Part shown: piece after piece, positions 13,497 through 26,600 of the stretch
How positions within the stretch are numbered: the stretch's first letter is position 1
Layout: each line of letters begins with the position of its first letter
Assembly (NCBI GenBank): GCA_050273025.1
Contig: CP158635.1
Location: 27,528,001 to 27,592,000, forward strand
Direction of reading: 5' to 3'
DNA from: Cenococcum geophilum
Lineage: Eukaryota
Length of the DNA stretch: 64,000 bases
Program-made: the position numbers and the translations under genes
Notes under the pieces: model-generated
Told to the model about the DNA's origin: nothing
The model's database searches: none
Seen by the model: only the letters and a program-made list of their open reading frames with translations

Positions 13497-13790
13497 ACGT
13501 AGCTAATAGGGACTAGGCGAAACATTATCAATGACCACGAGACCTCATCTGCTGCGGCGGATAGTGAGGGCAGTGATTGGTCAGTCCAACAAAATGGACG
13601 TGGGCCACCTCGTCCCACCAAAATCGTCATTTCTAAAATCAAAATTAAATCACAACACCACCAATATGTCAAATATCGAAGCCGCACTTGCAGATCTAAG
13701 GCTTCAGGATAAGCCAAATATCCAGGCGACAGCAAATAAGCATAGGGCTAATCGGTCAACCCTTTTCCAGGCGTTTCAATCAGGTCACTA
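13497..13790 (+). mobile_element. Fot1/pogo-type DNA transposon 5' relic (HTH-psq-like transposase N-terminus)
   Basis: ACGT-starting terminus near 13497. ATG 13666 gives MSNIEAALADLRLQDKPNIQATANKHRANRSTL, a pogo transposase HTH pattern. Cut by the element starting at 13791. Confidence 0.6.
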
Positions 13791-14032
13791 CTGGTACACA
13801 CGATATTCCGGAACGAGTCAGAATGAGTTGTGTATCGCTTTGATCGGTTTGATTCCGGATTACTTATATAGAGACACTAGAATAAAGTATAAGTAGGCTC
13901 TATTATATATATAATAATCAAGATCTCTACCTGCGTTAAAATTAAGGCTTAATTTTACAGTTAATCGTGGTCAAATTTCAATTAATTATGGCTAGATTTT
14001 GATTAATCGTGCGAAGCCCCTGAGCTAAATTA

Positions 14033-14211
14033 GAGTATGCAGCATAAAGACTGCATATAGGGAAATTTTGCTAGGCGAGAACTTCAAAATTCCAAGTCGT
14101 TTTGCGAGGCGTCTTGGTCACGTCTGCGTACACAAGGTACCACCATAGTAGGACTTAGCGAAAATCGCGAAAATCAAAGTTCCCTATATGCAGTTTTTAT
14201 GCTGCATACTC
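14033..14211. mobile_element. PIF/Harbinger (Tourist-like) MITE
   Basis: 31-bp TIRs GAGTATGCAGCATAAAGACTGCATATAGGGA (1 mismatch) and a 3-bp TTA TSD on both sides. Confidence 0.85.
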
Positions 14212-14371
14212 TTACAGCAATTCTAGAAAGCCGAGCCGCCTCACGACTCACGAGTCAGGAACTCTACCATAAGATCTACCTCTGCACTTTATTAAAGGCC
14301 TTATAATAGTAGAGCTGTAGTAAAGTAATACTAGAGGTAATTTTAAGCTTAACGCGACCGCGGTAGCCTGC

Positions 14372-14631
14372 TGTTGAACGGACGATCAGGAATGAGAACT
14401 CTGTTTATTAAAGAGGGCTCTAGAAGCTCTCTTATATACATCAGGTAGGTCCAAATACAATGACGACGACGTCGTCATGTAGTAGGTCATAGTTAAGGGA
14501 AACAGGTAATGAGACGTTCGATGAGACATACGAGCTCAAGATACGAGACAACTGAGACATAGTTCGTATAGACGATCTAGGTCGTCAGACAGTATTACGA
14601 TGGTAGTAAGGAACTTCGATTCAGGTCGACA
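14372..14631 (-). mobile_element. Solo LTR related to the copia A LTR
   Basis: TG..CA ends, TSD CCTGC (14367-14371, 14632-14636). Ends in GATTCAGGTCGACA like the copia A LTR and shares the ACTCTGT.TATT..GGCTCTAG..TATATACAT block. Confidence 0.88.
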
Positions 14632-15068
14632 CCTGCTTATATTACATTTAGAGCACTATCTTATTCCAGAATGAGTCGATTAATCTCGAATTAAGACGAT
14701 CAAAACGATACACGACTCATTCTAGAGCAAGGATGACTCGTTCCGGAATGAGGCAGAAATGTTCCGAAATATCGTGTGCACCGGTATCAGTATGAACAAT
14801 TCTCGCATGGTGAATTCAGTTTTAATAAGAGCAAATTTAGTAAATAGGGAAGATAGTATGAAGAATCATAGGTAGATAAATAAGGCCACTTGCACAAGTG
14901 TCTAGATTCTCATAATATTATCGCTCTGCCCACAGAGATATCTATTCTAACCTACTATATTGGTAAAAAAGAATATTAAATAAAAATGTCTTCTCAACTT
15001 TCCAAATATTACGAGTAGCCGCGACACTCTAACCCCTCCATTTCATCGTGCAAAGGAAGTTCAAGCGC

Positions 15069-17685
15069 TTATAGCATCGCAAGCGCCGATAGCATTGCCA
15101 ACACCAGCAGTACGGACGAAGGGACCCAAAAGTTTGCACTGCTTGTGGGAACGGTCGAAATTGTCGACGATGGTGTGGGAACGGTCAGAATTGTCGACGA
15201 TGGTGTGGGTGCCGAGGGAGTTTTTGTTCCATTCAGCGTTGCGCTCTGGTTCATATTCCCGTTGAGCGGGCCGGGCCCATAGGGTTTATATCCTCCGCTG
15301 ATGGAACTCTTGTCTCCAGTAGAGCCGTTCACACATATGCTCTTATCCGAGAAGGCGGTCCACGCCGCTTTCCAAGCCTCGTTAGGATCCAACAGCATTT
15401 TCGAAGTAAGCCAGATCTTGCAGTCAGCAGCCTCATAGATATATTGCAGCGGTGTTTCGCTGTTGTCACCCTTTCGAATCTGATCCTGGGTCTGCAGCCG
15501 CGATGCTGGGTCTCCGACTCGGACCATGACCTGGCTAAGTTTCGACAATGTCTCAACTACTGTGTCATGTAAGGAGCTTGCCCCAATGTTGTCCGTGATA
15601 TTGATTAATTGGCTCGCATAGCTAGGGAAAGTGGAGAGGGGCACGACTTCTCCGCCTTTGGTGCCACCGACGGCTTGCATTGGCGCTGCCTTAGGTCGCC
15701 CACCAACCACAATGCTCTTCACTCCGGCTATGTTCTTCATCTCTTCATGGAAACTAGCGCAGGAGGAGCCACAGAGGCCATCAGTGAACATGACCATGTT
15801 ATCAGCACTGAAGACTTGTGGGCGGGAGCCGGTCACGAAGTTGAATCCGGGCGGGGCAATGCTAACACGATCACTATTTGAAAGCTATGTCTTCGTCAGC
15901 AAGATTAATAGAGGTTTAGATGGACGCGGATAGTATGATGAAAATATAAGAGCGACTTTTAATCAAGGATTTAGGGCCTCTCATGTGCTAAACTCATTTT
16001 TTCAAGCCTCCACACGGGTTCGGGGTATTCTTACATTATAGCGCATCGTTGTTGTGAAGTTATCGTTGTTGTACGTGTGTGGTCCGTAGAAAGTTTTCCA
16101 GGAAGGCCAGTTGTTATTATTCACGTCAACAAAATGCCAGTATGCCCAGTATCTATAATCGGACCCGATATCTAAGCATGCCATGTTAGCAGTGGTCATA
16201 TTCGCAATAAATCAAATACGATGCCATTCGTAATCAGTTCATTCAAATACTTCCAGCAATCACGTATGGCCAAGCGAGGGTTTGCTTACCTGAACTAGTA
16301 GATGTATCATATGCACTTGATAGCGACTCATTGTTGAAAATTTCCGACACTGAATCCCCAATCAAACGGAATTGCTCCTGGGCGCGGTATCTCTGAGCAC
16401 TGAAGGGTGTCATCGACGGAAACAGTTGCATGAAAGTATCAAGGAGCAAATTTGTGGCACCTCCACCATTTTCGCGCAGGTCAACAATCAACTTCTTCAC
16501 CCCTGCTGAAGTTGCATTCACCAAGAACTGCTCTACAACGCTTTGAAACTCGACGCCGCTGTCATCGCCTTGGGGATCAAACGTAATAATCTTGAGGACG
16601 GCGACGTCCTGAAAACCTGGTGTATTCATGAAGTACCCAGCAACTGCGCCACCACTGTGTTCCACAATAGGAGTGGGGTATGTATTCGGAATGGTTTGCC
16701 TTTTTTGGAGTAGGTGGGGATTTGCGAACTCTGCAGTATCGTCTCTTCTAGTGAGTTTAGGGCGTGGGGTTCCAGCTTGAGTAGATGGTGTGGAGGTCGG
16801 CGATGTAGCTGCGGGAGTCGTTGTGTTGAAGCCTGATATGGCTCCTGTGCAGAACGTTTGGAAAAAAGCCACTCCGCTGTCAATGCTGGTAAAGTCTTGG
16901 GTGGCTACAGCGAGGTTGTCATAGCTTTTGGTGATACCATTTGCAAACGTGAAATTGGTTGACGGGCCATCATACCCAGCTTGAAGGAAAAAAGAACCCA
17001 TAGATGCAGTTTCATTTGCCTTGTAAAAGAGATGATTGAGACGTACATCGGGATCGATATACTGGTTCCTGGCAGCAACCTTGGTTAGATAAGATTGAAC
17101 ATCTTCGCCGTTTATCTTGACGATGGCTGAAATATTTGTAGGTTGGGAATCCTGGAGGATTATGTCTCTGGCAAGATAAACCTTCGGTAGGTTCTTTCCG
17201 TCGTCTGAGATTGAGATAATGGCAACTTGTCGAAGGAATTGAAAGATTTGTAAGATATCGGGTTGGTAGTTGAAATGAAAATTACCAGTCCGTATAGTTA
17301 ATGCTTGAATATCGGCGTGGACCTGGTATTCGTTGGTATATTGTGGGAGCTTTGCCTTGATCTTGTCCAGTTCTCCAATCAAATCGATTGGGCCAAGCTC
17401 CCAAGTACTTGGAGGATTCTTTAGCCATCCCACTTCAGACTGCCATTGCCATAAGAATTTCAGCTCATCAATGAGCTTTGAGTTTCCCGGTATATCCACT
17501 GGAACTGAAGTCAGACAGTCATAAGCAGCTTGTGCAGGAATTCTGTTATTCGTGCTCTGGGCAATAAGACTGCTGACAACAGCACAAGGTTCGATGGTAC
17601 TGGAAGGAAGGGTTGAAGTTGTGGGAGATGCATTCTGGGCAGCTGAAATAACCGCAAAGGCCAGGATTAAACCTGGCAACCGCAT
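15069..17685 (-). CDS. Secreted, probably GPI-anchored fungal peptidase S41-family protein. Exons 17685-16290, 16171-16035, 15884-15069
   Basis: Signal peptide MRLPGLILAFAVISAA; S41 motifs IVDLRENGGG and DGLCGSSCASF; canonical introns in phase; Ser/Thr-rich stalk and hydrophobic C-terminus. Confidence 0.88.
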
Positions 17686-19520
17686 TTCTAAGGCTCAACG
17701 CCAACTTAAACTGATTAGACTGCTTGTGAGCCTCGAGAATTAAAGTACAAGGAACGAAACAAACAAGAGGATCCTTGCGGACGAATACTATAATATGATA
17801 GTAGGATGGTAAATAGAAAGAGTGTGAAGCCGCTGGAAATCACTATTATATAAAGAACTAAAATCGGCTCCTATTAGGCCGTGTATTACGGTAAAATTAA
17901 GCATCTCTTCACCCTAAGTTCGTGCGGCTGTAAGCTCATAGCTAAGCCGCTGCCTTATGCTGCTGACATGCACTAGGAATTGAGAGTCTTTAGCATCTAG
18001 GAAAATAGTGGCGGTGTCCGGTAGGGCGCGGTTCAGCGACGTGTCAGTGCTCCCAAGCATTTGCAAAGCCTCCATTTGCAAGCGGCTGCCAAGAAATGCA
18101 GCTCAGCCCCATGGCGTTCGATGATGTTTCAGCGGCAACGCTATGACAGACGTGCAGTTGATTGGATGAATAGGGGTCGGCTAAGACTGCTGAATAGAAA
18201 TATTATGAGATACGCCAATTAGAAAGACAGTCCTGAAATAGTGCCCTAGTAAGCTTTGGGGGCCGGTGCCACTAAAATGTAGCGGCCCCGGCATATCCCC
18301 GAAACCTCAGTTTGAAACTCCGTCTCCATAAGTATAGTGAGATGATATATATTTTACCACTGAAGATTAGGACGCTGGAGAACGATAATTATTGATAGTC
18401 GACGTCAAAAGAATTACCATCTGTGACTAGTGGGTTTGGGGGAGGAAGAGCGCGGCTCAGCTGCAGTCATCACTTCTAAATTTAAAGTTGATGACACTAC
18501 ATCTCGTGCATTTACTGCCACCATGCTTGAGCACGCAGATTGCATTATTACTCCGACAGTCACGTGGGATTACCTAGATAAGTTAAGGGATGCGGAAGAC
18601 AAGCGGCAAGAAGAATCGCCGAATTGTACCGCATCTGTTGTCTCCTGGTGGTGTCAATGCTATTATTAATGTTTCTATTTGAGTAACGTGTCTCGGCCTT
18701 GCCTTCTCTATACGATTTCAAGCCGATCGATGCAAGAATCTCTTAATTCGATAATATCTCGCGCGCGTGCAGTTGGTCTGCCGCCTGCCCAACTTGCTCT
18801 TGTACTGTGCAGCCACTTTGCGTTTACCATCGTCAGTATAGATGGCAAGCTTTTCTTTTTAAAACTAGTGCTTGTTTCTCTCTTGAAACCCTAGAAATGC
18901 TCAATCCGCATTAAACACTCTAGAAGTTAGGAAAATGAATTCTTTGAGGAAGCCCCGACCCCAAAAATGAGTACCATCAGTGAGAGCCCCGCTAAGCTGG
19001 CAGGCTAGCTTGTCCAAAATTTGATTACCGTAGTGGATGGAGCATACGAAGCATATGAAGTCATCGAAAACCTAGAACGTTGAACCGGAGGATCACGATC
19101 GTAAGTTCCTGAAAGCTAGCATGTATGCAACATGGGCGCATGAATCCCCTACGTTATGATCAAAGACAGAGCCAGCTAAATAAACCCGATACAGTCTGGA
19201 TGGAATGTCCCATGAACTTGAACCTCCTCTATCAGTTGGACCAGCCCAAAGGACAATTCAGGCGCCAGAACCATCACAGCAACCCAGAAATTATACTATT
19301 GTTCGTAGTTTCACCGATGATGCCACCATTGGGAGATTGCGCGCGGTCATGCTTCATAAAAGGCTTGTTTTAGAACCGCAAGCTGGCCTTGCTAGAATGT
19401 GAGTTTCTCGATTGCCGACCGTCGGTTTTGAGATGTTCGCAGTGTATTAAACAATAATCGAAATTTAATTGTGCACCGAGCTCGAAGGATCACTTGCGTG
19501 TGGCAACAGTGTCGTATTGT

Positions 19521-19537
19521 GGGGGGGGGGGGGGGGG
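19521..19537 (+). repeat. G17 homopolymer
   Basis: Directly visible. Confidence 0.9.
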
Positions 19538-20649
19538 TCGAGGGCGCAAAGGGGTTTAGCAGTGAGTCTGCTGGGAGGGTTGAGCTGGCCATGTTAGCTA
19601 CTGGTCATGGCTTGGGTCTATGTCGAGCAGGGCAGACTTCTGAAGCGAAAGTGAGCCCTGGGACATCTACCTATAGATCTAGCGCTCAGAGAATGGGTGG
19701 TGCAAAACGTAGACCTTTGTTTCATCTTCTGCCATGTGAAGGTCCCCACCAGGTGTCCGGTTGGAACAAGACCAAGTCCAGGATTCAGTTCAAGTTTCCG
19801 ACGGTCTTCTCCAGCCTGACCCCCTCAATGCTCCAGCGATGGCGGAACACCAGGCGTGAGCGAGTGAAGTTTTTCGAGGGCCATCTCCCGCCGTCTAGTT
19901 GTCTCCTTCTCGAAAGTCATACTGTAGGTTGCCGAAATCCGTCACTAGGAGAAAGCGTGCTGCAAGGCAGACTAAGCTGTCAGAGAGCTGTCTGCCATTG
20001 CCGCGCAAGGTATGAACGCATTCCTTGACATAGTAAACCCAGTAAAGCTTGTAAGGCGGCGTGAAAATTATTGAAGTACTGTTAAGCGGAATTGGAGCCT
20101 CCCAAAAGGCTCTCAGGTAGGTCGTGTAGGTAGAGGGAAGCCGTCGCGACACGATTATAGTGTTTGTCCTGAGAAGATTTAGACAGCGCATCCATAACGG
20201 GACTAGCTACGGCCTGCGCCCGACCAACTACCGGCTCCCGTTGACTCAGCATGCTCAGACCAAGAAACAGATGAATATCCACTGCGCGGATAATCGAATA
20301 TCCGCAAGCTAACCTATTCGATCGATCCATCTGTTTCTTGGTCTGAGCCACTTTAGCAAGCTTTTGGAAGCCGAGCTGGTCTATTTATATAAGGTAAACC
20401 ATTAACTTTAACGAAATTAATATAAGCAACCGCCACGTCTATTATCCTGTTAATACCTGCATTAGAATTGCCTTAATTAGCTCTCTAATTAATAGATTTT
20501 CTAAAACTAACTGCTAGCTATAGGCGCATCTAAAAGGCGTTAAAGAAACCCCTCTATTTTGTCTAGCAGGAGCCAGTCTTCTTAAGCTTTTGATAATAAA
20601 CTACCCTCTCTATTAATTAATACCGCTAGAGGATTAAGAGATATAGTAG

Positions 20650-23600
20650 ATATAGTACCCGAGGGTATCAGCCGTCTTATCCCACCCCCATTATCTCCCC
20701 TATTATCTCCCCTATTGTCTCCCCTATTACTATCCGCAGCTTAATAGCGGTCCTTAATAGCCTACTTACTACTACCAAACTATATAGATCCCTAAGAGGA
20801 TAAAGAAGCAAGAGTTAATAAAATACCCGCAATATCCGCAATATCTGCTAAAAAGATATCCGCTGCAAAGAAGGTCTAGGTAATTGTTAACCGTCTTAGG
20901 TTATAGCGGATGTCTATAGGAGACCTAGCGCTTAAATGGATTATAATGGCTAAAGGTTTATATAAGGCACTAAAGAAAAAAAGAGTAAGGGAGCTCCTTA
21001 ATAAACTCCTAGAGGATGCTAATATCCTAAATATCTATACTAAAGAGATGGAAAAGCGCGGCATAGTAGGTGCTAGTATTACTCTTACTATCTAGGGAGA
21101 GCTTAAAGAGCTAAGGGAGAAAGAGTTACTATTTGGCAGCTTTAACTAATATGCGGATATTAAGCAGCTTAACCTTAGGCAGTGCTATTAAGCCGTAAAG
21201 ACTTACGCACCTATATTAGAGCATGTAATTACAGCATATTAAGAGGGTTAACGCAAATATTCTCTATATAAAGGCTGTGCGGTTTTAATAGCTTCTACAC
21301 TTACATTTAGCCTTTTATAAAACTCCGTAAACTATATCCTACGGCTGCTAGGGATATATCTCTAAGCTAATAGCGTTAAGCGCTATATACTTTCTATACT
21401 CTATAGGCTTAGATTAATTAATAGTTATACTATTTTAAACTGGCAGAAGGAGCGGATAGCCTAGGAATTAAGGTTTAGCCTATAATCTCCGCGGTATAGG
21501 TATATACTAACCTATATATAGGTAAAAATCCGCTTAATAGGTGCAGCTTCTAATACTATTATTATCTATAATAACTTCAACTACCTCTAACGAGTTTAGT
21601 ATTAAACACTTAGGGATACTAGGACGTTCTATTCGCGTATAACTAGCAAGCTTATCTTTAGTATAAGTATACCTAATAGTGGGCTTTAATAGAGTATGCT
21701 TTGTATAGATATTCTAATTAAGTTCTTAGATATTATAGAGGCTCTAGGTAATTTATAAGACGAGATACAGAAGTAGATCTTAACAGCTTTAATCTATAAA
21801 GCTATTATAAAGGCGTACTTAGGCCTTAATATATTACTTAGCAAAAACCTACGGTTTAAACATCTACGTATGCCTTCTATTAATGTAATACCCGCTATAT
21901 AGACGTCTAGGTTTAACCTAGGACCTATTATAACTAAAGAGGCTTCTATATCTAAAACCTATAAGGTACTAGATAACATTTTTCTCCATTAAATAAATCT
22001 ATAATATACTAATAAAGTATTTAAGGAGCGACTATTTCTAATCTATAGTGATTAAAAGACCATAAAGCTTATTTGGTTATATTAGGGAGAATGTACTAAG
22101 TTAATATCCGCCTATAATAGCCTGCGTTAGGCTCTACCTATTCTAGCTCTTTAGCATCTAAAGCTAAACTACCTGTATATAGTTATATAGTATTACTATA
22201 GTGGCAAGCAATTAGCCTAAGAGTACTCTACGCTGTATACCTATATAAACCACCTAGGTTAAAGAAATATCCTAGCTAAGCGCGCGCTATTTTATTATAT
22301 AGAGGAGCTAATTCTCTATAGCTTTAACGCTTATATTATAGCGTTACTCTATACTTAGATTAAGAAGTCTTATAACACTAAGTCGCCTATAGATATTAAG
22401 CGGTACCTTAAAAGCCTATCTCCGCAACATCTATTAGCAGTAGTTAAGAATATCCACACAGCGGTTTTTAGTTAGGAAGTCTCTTAGGCGGCTAACTATA
22501 CTAGTTAGCCTGCGGAACTATAGCAAAAGGGTCACCTTAAATAGGCTAGCAGTGCTACATCCTTATAAACACTTTCTAAGCCTGCTAATACAGAGTTTCT
22601 AACGCACGTCCGCTTTTTATAACTGGTAGAAACGTATAAGGTCCTTAAGCACACCATTAAGCTTGCGGATATTAGCCTGCTTAGCTACGTACTCCCCTAT
22701 ATTTATATTTATTTCGCAGGTAGTTAAAATAAAAACTATCTACCAGAGATATTACATTTCTTTTAGTTAACTTTAACAGATACTTATTTCCCTAAGCTCT
22801 AATAAGCTATCCTAGTAAATAGTCTAGTAAATATCCGTAGTGAATAAAATAGTTACTACCTAATAGATCTTAACAACGAGCTACTTAATAGGGAGCTAAA
22901 GCAGCTTATATACACTCGTGGCAATTTAACATTTAACCTAAACTTACTCTTCCGCTAGAGTATTTATATAACTAATTATATAGGGCCACTATATACAAAG
23001 TTTAAGATCACGTTTGGCGAACGGATATCTACTTAACATACTATTAAATCTCCTACAGTAGATATTCAATCGCTTACTAATACAATTGCCGAAGGTTCTA
23101 TTATCCGCTATCAGGCACAGCAAGTAAAGATAAAAGCGCCGCCTCTACTATAACTAGGTATTAATAATAATTCATTGCTTAACGTCCGATTTGGATCCCT
23201 ATTGGGCCCACGCGGACTACTCCTTATTTACATATGGGGAGAAAACTCTATTTAAGAAAAAAATGAGAAAACCCCGTGATCCATCTCCCCGCCTTTTGGG
23301 ACTCGCCTGCTTAGCGCCTGCGAGTCGCCTATGGTGCTCTACTACCTTACTGTTTGACCTCCTTGGGAACCACTGCTGCCGTAACAAGCCTACGGACGCG
23401 CTAGTATCATAAACTATTACTCTACTACTATAGAGTTACTAGGGGGCACCTGCTGCTCGCCCCCTTACCTTTTATTACCATTTCCCTTGCAACCCGGAAC
23501 TGATTTAGTACATTTTAACTAATAAGCTACTAGGTAACCGCCTTAAGGCCTTTTTATGTTGAGAGCAGTATATTATAGTTCTCTATGCCAGCTGCTAAGA

Positions 23601-26600
23601 GTATTATTTCTCGATTGGTGCGTAGGGGGCATAGCAGTATTACGTGTTTTGGTGTCTGTTTTGGCCAGCCATATTTACATCTCGGGCTACCTACTGGGAC
23701 ACCCACCCAGTAAAGCCAATCTTTTAGTCCTATTATTCCTGTTCTTAAGAGTATTGCTATTATGTTTTCTACCTTTGTTAGGCCTTCTCAGAGCCCTTAG
23801 GTATTTACCCCCTATGGCGTTAACTATACTATGGCTTGGGTTCGTCTTGCCTAAGTCAGCCTCTATACCTTCGACTCCCATTTACCTCTCCAGCGTTAGT
23901 CCAACCAGTATTACATTACGGTAGATGGTTTCCCGGCGTTCTTACATGTTCTACTTTAGCTCCTTTCTCTATCTTACTGTCTTTGCTGACCTTTTACATA
24001 TCTCCCTTCCTCCTCTATATAGGCCTAGGCCCTAAAGCGGCACCATTCTTCTTCTACTTTCTTTACCTGTTTCTCTAATATCTCTTCCCTACTTTAGGGT
24101 TGTTAGTTTATTCTCCTACAGGGCACCCTAGGGTCCCTCCATAGTTTACTTAGGCGTGTCTTAATATACTTTGTAACATTAGAGTTGTGTTTATTTTACG
24201 TCCTTTATATTACAGCAGCTTTAATATATAACTATAGGGGGGGAATATTAGATTCCTTCTTAAGCAGTACTGTGGCCGTTCGCTTATACCCGCCTATAAT
24301 ACTCCAAAGGCAGGCTATCTAGACCTTTTAAAGTGGTTTAAGGAGTAATTTAGGGGGGCCCTTCTCAGTTTCTCCAATAGCCCAAATACTAGATCTATAT
24401 GTCATGGTTAGCCAGACGACTGCTGTATATAGTAGGCGTGACCTCTAGAAGTATAGACCCCATATAGAATTGATAATCCTAGATAAAGCGATAAACTATA
24501 CTTGGCCTTTACGGGCCGCTTGCGCCGTATATACGCTCCACCGGAGCTTACTATCTACCTATACTCCTAATACCCTTAGGCCCTAAACTAGTTAACCCCT
24601 AAAGCCTTAGATACGAATTATATGCTAGAGATCTGTAGATTGGTTGCGTTTTCTTATAAAATAGATTAGCTGGTATTTCTCTAGTAAGAATTGGACTCTA
24701 TAACGTTTTGCCTATTCTATATAAGTATTATAGGCTTTCTCTAGTGTTCTGCAATTCTCTGCGGCTGTTGGCCCGTATATAATTAGGTTTGTGTTGTTAA
24801 TAAAGCCTATCCCCTAGGTCGCCCCTTTCTTAAAGGAGTTAAGCAGGTTGCTTACAAAGAAAAGGAAGAGTATAGGCGAGAGGGGTAATCCTTATAGTAT
24901 TCCTATTGCAACTACAATAGGGGGGCTCTGGTATCCGCTAAAGACCAGTAATGTTTCTTTCTAGCCTATAAACCCTTAGACAAATTATATAATCTATTCT
25001 AGGAAGCCCTTTACCCTAAGGATATACAGGAGACGCTCGTAGGGTACATTGTCGTAGGCACCACTAATGTCTAGGCTAAGCATTAATACTATAAAGTCCT
25101 TTCGCATCACCCATACAGATTTAATAGTGGCAGCGAGTAGTGTAAGTGCTAATAGTGTTAAGCGGTTCTTTCTTGCCCCTATTTAGCTTTATAGTAGTAG
25201 GGCGTGTTCCTCTACCGTATCTACTATGCGTTCCGCTATTACCCTTTCTAAGATCTTACTAAGGGTGTTTTCTAAGGCAATAGGGCGGTAGCTTCCTGGG
25301 ATTAAGTAATCTACTTTACCTTCTTTTTATAGGATAACCGTCGTTATAAATCTTCCGAGTCGCGGGTAGTAGCCTATAGCAAAGTATGCTCTAGCTACAT
25401 CTGCAAGCTAAGGTGCTATAAGTGGCCTATAGGTTTTTAGGGCCTTATTTGGAATCCCATCTGGTCCTAGTGCTATATTATTTAAAAGGCGGCTAATGGT
25501 TCTAGCCATTTCCTCTATTATTATGTCGCTGTTAACCCATAGGCAAGTCACCGGTGTTTCGCCTGTGATATCACTAAGGTCTACTGGAGCCGGTTAGGGG
25601 AAGAACCTTTCTATAAGGATCTTTGCCTTCTTATTATTGTCGTTTATAGCCTGTAATTCTCCTGCTCTTTATAGGGGTAGTAGGTATAGGTCTTCTACTA
25701 GGCGCCCTACCTTTTTCTTTACCTATTTTACTATAGCCTAAAGGCCCTTATTATAGGGGAGGCTTAGGTTAGAAGTATACTCGTTTATAAACCGTCTCTA
25801 GTTATTCCTTACTTCTTTTTTTAGGGTATTCTTTAGCTAGTTTCTTGTGTCTTTATATCGTCTCTCGTCTTTAGGGTCGTGGCTGCTTATATATTTCCTT
25901 CTTACTTATTATTAGCTAGCAACCAGAACTGCGCATTATATAGACCATACGTGTCGCGTATAGGGGCCCAGTTTTAAGATCGGGCAGTGCTCTTTCAGCC
26001 TATTTTTAATCGCTGCCTAGATCCTTTCTAGTCTTCGGTCGATTTCCTCAGGGGTGGCCAATAAGCCTCGCTCGTTTGGTATTAGGTGGATTTCTTCTAG
26101 GTTTTAGAGTTATTATTTAACTGCATTAAGGAAACTGTTTATCTTAAGCTTCCTTATTGCGTATCTTTTTCTATTTAGTTGCGCTTTAGTATCTAGGTCT
26201 AGCTGTATTTAGATAGGGATATGGTCTAGGGTAAGTGCCTATTCTTTTTTGGGGTTGTACCTTTCGAGTCTCTAGTATAGGCCTTCGTCTATAAATATGA
26301 GGTCAATTATACTTCTAGCGGTGCCTTATTGCTATATAATTGCTCCTAGGGGGGTAGCTAGCTTAAGGCCCCAGATATCTATAGCTCTTAGTAGGCACTT
26401 TAACTATTAATCTACAGCAATATGGATACCCCCTTACCGCGGGTAGTAGAGGTTTATATCTCCTAGTAGGATAGACTCTATACCTTCGGTTTCTAGTAAG
26501 CTTATTACTGATATAATATTCTCTGTTTATAGGACCCCTTTAACCCTAGGGTTATATATATTAATAATTTATACCGGTCCCCTATATATTTAGATTATTA

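Larger units (their letters stand above)
13791..14784. mobile_element. Non-autonomous Tc1/mariner-type TIR element
   Basis: 24-bp TIRs CTGGTACACACGATATTCCGGAAC and GTTCCGAAATATCGTGTGCACCGG (3 transition mismatches), flanked by TA at 13789-13790 and 14785-14786. Confidence 0.8.

Noticed and set aside
18430..20200. Several short ORFs (18430, 18679, 19125, 19205, 19471, 19895)
   Set aside because: No recognisable motifs, codon bias or consistent exon chain.
23191..24078. Plus-strand ORFs 23191, 23556, 23836
   Set aside because: Antisense to the RIPed LINE; chance open frames.
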